The notes beneath the pieces were generated by a model. The model did no database searches. It had not been told where the DNA came from and saw only the letters and a list, made by a program, of their open reading frames with translations. A stretch of 64,000 nucleotides of DNA from Geobacteraceae bacterium (lineage in GTDB: Bacteria; Desulfobacterota; Desulfuromonadia; Geobacterales; Pseudopelobacteraceae). Where the stretch lies: NCBI GenBank assembly GCA_013336525.1, contig JAAXTM010000008.1, positions 37,459 to 101,458 on the forward strand, written 5' to 3'. The translations under genes were made by a program, and so were the position numbers. Below are positions 58,498 through 64,000 of this stretch, piece after piece (the stretch's first letter is position 1; every line of letters begins with the position of its first letter).

Positions 58498-59457
58498 CTA
58501 AAGCATGCTCCTGATTTTTGTTCTTACGGCTTCTGCCACATCCCTGGTAACAAGTTTTCTGTCCGTTAGCGATTTAAGATAAAAGGGGACAACACAGCCG
58601 CAGCGGTGGCAATCGGCCTTGGGGCCAAGCATGCAGGGCTCTTTCATGACTCCGTCCGGTCCAAGAGCAAATGATTTTTCAGCAAAGGGGCATTTGTCAG
58701 TGACCGTTCGCGCTCTGTCGGATTTCATCAGTCTTAGCGTGCGTGTTGTGTTGACGATAAAATCTCCGTACAACGATTTCATTTCAATCAGAAATTCGAG
58801 AATTTGATCTTTTCCTTCCCATTCAAGCCACAGCGAATCGTCAACTCCCCTGACAGGGGTAAAAAAGCTGAACACAATGTTTCTGACTTTCGGGTTACTG
58901 CTCCACTCCTCCAGAGATGCGGAAATTTCAGTAACGTTCTCACTGGTAATGCAGTAGGCTATGGTGATTTTCAGTCCTTCGGTTGCGTCTATGTTCTGCC
59001 TGATCGTATCGAAAAGACCAGGCTTGTTGCGCATTTTGTCATGACTCTCCCTTCCCCCGTCAACCGAAATGTACCAGCTCACATCTTTCCAGTCGGGGAG
59101 CGGCAGGGAGCCGTTAGTCGTCACCGTATTGTATTTGAAATAGCGCCTACCCAATTCGATGAGCGGCAGACGCAGGAGAGGTTCTCCACCGACCCATGTA
59201 CACTGGAAGGAACGAAACCCCTCCGCCTTCATGTTCTCGAATTTTTCTCTCCACTGATCAAGCGACCACTCGGAAGAGTGTTCCTGTTCGAAAAAATAGC
59301 AATGATCGCAGCGCAGGTTACACCGATTGGTAACATCAACCGATCCGAAGCTGTTTTTAGGGATGCCGAAGAGGAAGAAACCGAGTTGAGCAAGATTGTA
59401 GGTGGAGAAGAGTGGTTTTGGATGTCTTGGTGCGGAAGTATGCTGCTGATTATTCAT
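58498..59457 (-). CDS. radical SAM protein, HpnH/DUF3463-like architecture
   Basis: 319 aa; cluster motif CNLRCDHC and a C-terminal Cys-rich tail CPFAEKS...CMLGPKADCHRCGCVVPFY. The resemblance to adenosylhopane-synthase-type rSAMs is from memory and needs an HMM check. Confidence 0.75.
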   Translation of the reverse strand: MNNQQHTSAPRHPKPLFSTYNLAQLGFFLFGIPKNSFGSVDVTNRCNLRCDHCYFFEQEHSSEWSLDQWREKFENMKAEGFRSFQCTWVGGEPLLRLPLIELGRRYFKYNTVTTNGSLPLPDWKDVSWYISVDGGRESHDKMRNKPGLFDTIRQNIDATEGLKITIAYCITSENVTEISASLEEWSSNPKVRNIVFSFFTPVRGVDDSLWLEWEGKDQILEFLIEMKSLYGDFIVNTTRTLRLMKSDRARTVTDKCPFAEKSFALGPDGVMKEPCMLGPKADCHRCGCVVPFYLKSLTDRKLVTRDVAEAVRTKIRSML

Positions 59458-59484
59458 GAAGCTTCACCCTATTATGAATTAAAC

Positions 59485-59525
59485 ACAGAAAGAACCCACG
59501 GCTCCAAGCCATGGGCTCTTTCTGT
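59485..59525 (-). terminator. 14-bp stem-loop between the lipoprotein gene and the first operon gene (terminator or attenuator)
   Basis: ACAGAAAGAACCCA / TGGGCTCTTTCTGT with one mismatch and a 13-nt loop. On the minus strand it is followed by GTGTTTAATTC and ends 28 nt before the rSAM start codon. Confidence 0.4.
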
Positions 59526-59591
59526 ATGACTTGCTGTTATAGTTCCGCTGCTCCGCTTCAAAGCATGCCAGTTCAGGTGCTGCTTTGCGTT

Positions 59592-60110
59592 TTAAGGGTG
59601 TTCTTTTTTATAATCAGTAACAATATTATTGAATTTATCTTCTTTAAGATCAGGTACATTCGCGGACGGATCCAGTTCGTAGTATTGACATTTGCCATCC
59701 ATTTCATCGTACATTTTTTTACTTTCATCGATATCATATTTTGTCCGGGCTGACAGCACACCCATTCTGATCTCCTGACGGAGATAATAAGTTTTGTCCG
59801 GTTCGAAGTTAAGTAATACTGCGTCAAAATTTTCTGCATCTGCGATGATAAAGTGCTGACCTGGATCTACAGTGCTTACAAAGAAACCCTTACCCCTAGT
59901 TGTACCAATAAACTTCCGGTCTACATAGTTATCGATATTGACGGCGCCACCAAAGAATGTGGTGCGCCCAATAACCAATGCAGACTTACCGGCAGGCGGC
60001 TTGATCTCGCGCAGGTCTGGACAGACATCTTTGGCGATCATCCGACTTGGACTGCATCCGCCTGACAAAAGCAGGGAACAAACACCAATCAGTAAAAAAA
60101 ATCTCTTCAT
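59592..60110 (-). CDS. lipoprotein of unknown function (DUF2846-like)
   Basis: 172 aa with lipobox LLLSGGC. The family guess is from memory only. Confidence 0.6.
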   Translation of the reverse strand: MKRFFLLIGVCSLLLSGGCSPSRMIAKDVCPDLREIKPPAGKSALVIGRTTFFGGAVNIDNYVDRKFIGTTRGKGFFVSTVDPGQHFIIADAENFDAVLLNFEPDKTYYLRQEIRMGVLSARTKYDIDESKKMYDEMDGKCQYYELDPSANVPDLKEDKFNNIVTDYKKEHP

Positions 60111-60332
60111 ACACCCTCCACTTAAATTTACCCAGAGCCTGTAGCACTGGAAGTGTTGAATAGCTACGGTATCAATTTTGAGTTTGACTTAACAAATTGG
60201 CCTTGTCAAACAATTTAGATCCAAATTCGACATACGCACCTGCTTTTCCGGCGACTCTGTGCTATAGATGAAAAAGAGCCCTCTGGAGGGCTAATATGAA
60301 ACCGGGATAACATTTCCAAGCGGAGTATAAGA

Positions 60333-61754
60333 GTGAAAATAGTCCTCCTGCACCCCTACGGCAGCAACTGGCTTAGTGGCATGAAAGATATCAGCACGGT
60401 ATTCAATCTGATGCCGCCGCTAGGTATTATGAGTATGGCAGCTGTTTTGGAGCGGGCGGGCATAGACGTCGAAATTATCGATTGCTACGCAACGCCTATG
60501 CCCCTTGCTGATCTGGTAGAAGAAATTATCCGCCGCGGCCCGGACTGTCTGGGCGTCTCTACCACGACATCTTCATTCAATGAAGGATATCGTGTCGCTG
60601 CAGCTGTAAAGGAAAAAGCGCCGCAGATATTCACCCTGTTCGGTGGAGCCCATGCCTGTACTATTGGCGCACAGCTACTTGATTCATTTCCCGCCATAGA
60701 TTATCTGGCTATCGGCGAAGGCGAAAACACAGTGCTGGAACTGGCCCAAGCAGGTTTCAAAGGGATTGAACAGCTTCCCGGCGTTGCATATAGGGATTCA
60801 AGCGGCGCGGGCGTCACTTCAGCGCCCCGTGAACTAATCAAGGATCTTGACGATCTCCCTTTTCCCGCATACCACAAACTGCCTCAATTTCCCAAACGCT
60901 ATAATCTACCACTCTTCAGTTATCCAACTGCTCCCAATACAAGCATCATCTCCAGTCGCGGCTGCCCTTATTCCTGCTCATACTGCGACCGCTCAGTGTT
61001 CAGCCGCGGCTTCAGATTTAACTCGCCTGAATATATCGTTGAGCATATGGCAATGCTTAACCGCGATTTCGGCATCCGCCATGTGTTCTTTTATGATGAT
61101 CTGTTTACCTTTGACCGCAAAAGGGTGGCAGAGTTCTGTGCCATAAAGGAACGTAAGGGATTGAAGGTTACCTATAATTGTATCGCCAGACTGGAACATG
61201 TGGATTCTGAATTGCTGGCGCTCCTTAAACGCTCCGGTTGCTGGCAGGTCAATTTCGGTATCGAGTCAGGAGATCCGGAAATATTAAAACAGCATCGCAA
61301 GTTCTTCGGGCTGGATGAGGTTGGACGTAAACTGCAAATGGTGAAGGATGCAGGCATGAGGGTTAAGGGGCTTTTTATGGTCGGCCTGCCGGGCGAGAAT
61401 GAGGCCGCTATTCGCCGCACCATCGATTATGCCCTATCACTGCCGCTGGACGAGATCAATGTTACCAAGTTCACCCCGTTTCCAGGGGCACCTGTCTACG
61501 GCACAATAAGAGAACAGGGTGAATTTAATGAGAGTTGGGATTTGATGAACTGCATGAATTTCGTCTTTGTGCCTCACGGTATGACCAAACAACAGCTGGA
61601 AGATCTCTATAACGAGTTCATTTACCGCTTCTACCACCGCCACCGCATCACCTGGGGGTACACTAAAATGCTCTGGAAATCGCCACACAGTATTTTGACG
61701 TTTATGCGGAACCTGCCGGAGATACTGGCTTTTGAGATGAAGCAGAAGTGGTAA
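60333..61754 (+). CDS. B12-binding-domain radical SAM protein (class B), copy 4
   Basis: 473 aa with a GTG start; MKIVLLHPYG... Rossmann-like domain and cluster motif CPYSCSYC. Confidence 0.85.
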   Translation: MKIVLLHPYGSNWLSGMKDISTVFNLMPPLGIMSMAAVLERAGIDVEIIDCYATPMPLADLVEEIIRRGPDCLGVSTTTSSFNEGYRVAAAVKEKAPQIFTLFGGAHACTIGAQLLDSFPAIDYLAIGEGENTVLELAQAGFKGIEQLPGVAYRDSSGAGVTSAPRELIKDLDDLPFPAYHKLPQFPKRYNLPLFSYPTAPNTSIISSRGCPYSCSYCDRSVFSRGFRFNSPEYIVEHMAMLNRDFGIRHVFFYDDLFTFDRKRVAEFCAIKERKGLKVTYNCIARLEHVDSELLALLKRSGCWQVNFGIESGDPEILKQHRKFFGLDEVGRKLQMVKDAGMRVKGLFMVGLPGENEAAIRRTIDYALSLPLDEINVTKFTPFPGAPVYGTIREQGEFNESWDLMNCMNFVFVPHGMTKQQLEDLYNEFIYRFYHRHRITWGYTKMLWKSPHSILTFMRNLPEILAFEMKQKW

Positions 61755-61772
61755 CATACAGGAAACGGTGAC

Positions 61773-62363
61773 ATGATACACTTCAAGGCATCCATAACTT
61801 TAGTACTGTTGTCCATACTTTCCCAGACAACGCCTGTTTCAGCTGGCAATCCGGTTTCTGGTATGAAGGGAGAATACGGAGGCCTCACCGGTTACGGCAT
61901 AACCCATAAATATTTTGGAGCAACCCGCACCCAGGTACAGACCTGGGATGCCATCCTCCGATTCGGCCGGTTTCTGTCTGACGATGTTGGCAAGGGGAGC
62001 TGGTATCAAGGAAGACATGAGTTGCTGATGGAGTTGCCGTATCATATGGCGGTGGATCATGGTGGCAGATCAATGGTGGGTGGGTATCTGTCCGGAAGCT
62101 GGAAGTTCACATCCCTGGAGAATGCAGCACCCTATGTTTTTGCTGGAGGTGGTCCCCTGTATGTGGATCTGGGACTCCCGACCATGGGAACTAAACTCTG
62201 CTACAGTTATCAGGCTGGAACCGGGCTGCAGTACTTTATTGACAGGAAGACCGCACTGAATGTGGAGTACCGATATCATCACATATCTAATGCAGGCACA
62301 GCTGAACCTAATGAACCGCTTAATTCCAGCAAAATCCTGTTTGGGATGTCATTTTTCTATTGA
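61773..62363 (+). CDS. acyloxyacyl hydrolase / PagL-like outer-membrane lipid deacylase
   Basis: 196 aa with a signal peptide and beta-barrel-like alternating pattern ending in F-Y. YRYHHISNAG matches the His-x-Ser-Asn catalytic motif of the PagL family. Confidence 0.75.
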   Translation: MIHFKASITLVLLSILSQTTPVSAGNPVSGMKGEYGGLTGYGITHKYFGATRTQVQTWDAILRFGRFLSDDVGKGSWYQGRHELLMELPYHMAVDHGGRSMVGGYLSGSWKFTSLENAAPYVFAGGGPLYVDLGLPTMGTKLCYSYQAGTGLQYFIDRKTALNVEYRYHHISNAGTAEPNEPLNSSKILFGMSFFY

Positions 62364-62384
62364 AACGCAAAGGTGAAGGCTGCA

Positions 62385-62428
62385 CAAAAAAAGGACCTGC
62401 AAAAATTTGCAGGTCCTTTGATGCTTTT
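62385..62428. terminator. bidirectional intrinsic terminator
   Basis: AAAAAAA-AGGACCTGCA-aaaatt-TGCAGGTCCT-TTGATGCTTTTT. It serves the PagL-like gene on the plus strand and tRNA-fMet on the minus strand. Confidence 0.8.
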
Positions 62429-62505
<77 letters not shown>

Positions 62506-62576
62506 ACAAGTGAAACGAATATATAGCAGTATGTTGAGAGGAATGTCAATAAAAACTTTTGATGCGGCAAATTATT

Positions 62577-63368
62577 TCAATCTTTGTCTGGAATTGCGAT
62601 TGCTCCCTTGCCGATTTTTCCGGCCAGTTCTTTTGCAGCATCAGCGTCCAGTTTTTTACCAACTCGAACACGATACCAGGTACCTTTATCACCTAAATGA
62701 GATTCAACGATAATGACATTATAACCTTTGCTTGCCAGCTTACCCCGCAGCGCCTCTGCTTCTGACTTAAGACTGTATGAGGCGACCTGGACAGTAAAGT
62801 TATTGGAATCCTGACGGGTTACCGGTTTTGCCGGTGAACTCTGTACGGTCTGTTTTTGGGTGCTGTCATCGCTTTGAGTTGCGTCTGGTCTGGTTATGTT
62901 GGCTGGCATGACGGCTTGTAACGGTTGTTTCGCTGGTTTGTCACTTTTAGAATTGATGCCGCTGCCCATTGCATTGCTTTTCTGGGTACTTGGGAGTGTT
63001 TTGTAAAAACTGAGTGGTTGATCAACAGCCGTCGGTGTTCCGGCGTTTGCCGCAGGTTGCTGAGCCGGGCCGCCAGTTTGCGGTGGCAGGGCCGGTGCCG
63101 GAGTGGCTGGTTGTTGCGGTAATGGCTTTGCTTTATCTTGCTGTGTTGAGTTTTCGAGGCTTTGTTGTTCCATAGCGGCCTTGAATCCATTTTTAGCTGA
63201 ACGTTGGGAGAGCATCCATCCACTGCCAAAGCCGATTCCGAGGGACAGAAGAGCGGTAATAAAGACAATGATCAGCACGCCTCCGGAGGATTCCTTGCGG
63301 GGGCGATTCTGGCTTGGCTGTGGGGAAGAGCTGCATGATTTTTTTGGTTCACTGTAGTCAATTCGCAT
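62577..63368 (-). CDS. SPOR-domain protein
   Basis: 263 aa with an N-terminal TM, a Pro/Gln/Ala-rich linker, and the C-terminal SPOR domain FTVQVASYSLKSEAEALRGKLASKGYNVIIVE...WYRVRVG. Confidence 0.85.
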   Translation of the reverse strand: MRIDYSEPKKSCSSSPQPSQNRPRKESSGGVLIIVFITALLSLGIGFGSGWMLSQRSAKNGFKAAMEQQSLENSTQQDKAKPLPQQPATPAPALPPQTGGPAQQPAANAGTPTAVDQPLSFYKTLPSTQKSNAMGSGINSKSDKPAKQPLQAVMPANITRPDATQSDDSTQKQTVQSSPAKPVTRQDSNNFTVQVASYSLKSEAEALRGKLASKGYNVIIVESHLGDKGTWYRVRVGKKLDADAAKELAGKIGKGAIAIPDKD

Positions 63369-63379
63369 GGTGGCCTCCT

Positions 63380-64000
63380 CTACATCCTTTCGGGTGCAGA
63401 TATGCCAAGTATGGTCAGGGCATTTTTCAATGTTTGAGCAGTCCGTTTCAACAAGTAGAGCCGGGCTTCAGTTAGTGTCTTGTCTTCACTGATGACGCGG
63501 TTTTTGTTGTAGAAACTGTGGAAACAGCTGGCCAGTTCACTCAAGTAATAGGTCAGCCGGTGAGGCTCAAAATGCACGGCGCAGTCATCTACAGTATCTG
63601 GCAACTCTGTCAGAAGTTTTATCATCTGAAGGTCTTCGGGTGTAGAAAGGCAGGCCAAATCGGCAAGTGCCGGTTTGGCCGGTGCGATGAAGCCTTTCTC
63701 GGCAGCGTTGTCAAAAATACTGCAGATACGGGCATGGGCATACTGGACATAGTATACCGGGTTTTCATTGGTCTGCTGCTTTGCCAGATCTATGTCGAAT
63801 ACCAGTTGTGCATCAGGCTTGCGCATCAGAAAGAAGAAGCGTGTAGCGTCGCGGCCGACCTCATCAATCAGGTCACGCAGGGTGACATAGCTGCCGGCCC
63901 GCTTGGAAATTTTTACCTCTTCGCCGCCGCGCATGACAGTCACCATCTGGTGCAGCACATATTCGGGCCAGCCCTGAGGAATGCCGATGTCTAGGGCCTG
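63380..64000 (-). CDS. argS: arginine--tRNA ligase, C-terminal part (ORF continues beyond the window)
   Basis: The DALR anticodon-binding domain ends in ...[16 protein letters not shown]. The reading frame stays open to position 64000. Confidence 0.9.
   Translation of the reverse strand, partial: QALDIGIPQGWPEYVLHQMVTVMRGGEEVKISKRAGSYVTLRDLIDEVGRDATRFFFLMRKPDAQLVFDIDLAKQQTNENPVYYVQYAHARICSIFDNAAEKGFIAPAKPALADLACLSTPEDLQMIKLLTELPDTVDDCAVHFEPHRLTYYLSELASCFHSFYNKNRVISEDKTLTEARLYLLKRTAQTLKNALTILGISAPERM

Noticed and set aside
59458-60332. A cobalamin riboswitch in front of the B12-dependent rSAM genes.
   Set aside because: No B12-box-like sequence or the characteristic multi-helix junction was evident in either leader region. 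An Infernal scan would be decisive.
41766-62363. Reading the cluster as a hopanoid side-chain (hpn) locus because it has MMPL/HpnN-like, GT2, deacetylase, HpnH-like rSAM and B12-rSAM genes.
   Set aside because: There are no squalene synthase, squalene-hopene cyclase or hpnG-type genes. The deacetylase is CE4 rather than YdjC/HpnK type. The operon also carries a complete ACP/KS/KR/DH set, which points to acyl rather than hopanoid chemistry. The parallel is kept only as an analogy.

Overview
This is a chromosomal window whose gene content and synteny resemble a Desulfuromonadales/Geobacter-type deltaproteobacterium; the taxon is inference only. It holds about 60 protein genes and 2 tRNAs (an elongator-type CAT tRNA and the initiator fMet tRNA). 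I saw no rRNA, CRISPR array, transposase or integrase. Region 1-20 kb is housekeeping: truncated accD, trpA, an MCP, tatC, trmO, an HD-GYP protein, rnr, ribH-nusB-hom, trpB2-trpF-trpB and pta. Region 20.2-26.7 kb is a small accessory islet. It carries YefM/YoeB, a Gp49(HigB)-like/XRE pair, an HNH nuclease with internal repeats, orphan ORFs, and a translationally coupled operon of a MoxR-type AAA+ protein, a metallopeptidase-like vWA protein and a small acidic protein. Region 27-41 kb is housekeeping again: PAS-GGDEF-EAL, queC, a DUF507 pair, Slt, mutS, an RRM protein, an amidase, prfA, and hisG/hisI. Region 41.7-62.4 kb is the stand-out. It is a tightly packed ~20-kb lipid-type operon bracketed by the two tRNA genes. 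It combines a complete type II FAS/PKS set (ACP, KS, KS-like partner, KR, DH, FabD-like AT, thioesterase) with an envelope-targeting set (LpxL-type acyltransferase, GT2, NodB-type deacetylase, LolA-like protein, lipoprotein, MMPL exporter, PagL-like hydrolase). Six radical SAM enzymes, four of them B12-binding, are interleaved with these genes. The product cannot be deduced from sequence and is, to my knowledge, uncharacterised. Other notable structures are a heptad-repeat hairpin/G-quadruplex motif between trpB2 and trpF, two copies of a MITE/REP-like inverted-repeat element built from phased TCTGCG hexamers, an intrinsic terminator immediately upstream of hisI, and a trp operon apparently split by a ~17.7-kb inversion. 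The window ends with a SPOR-domain gene and the 3' part of argS.
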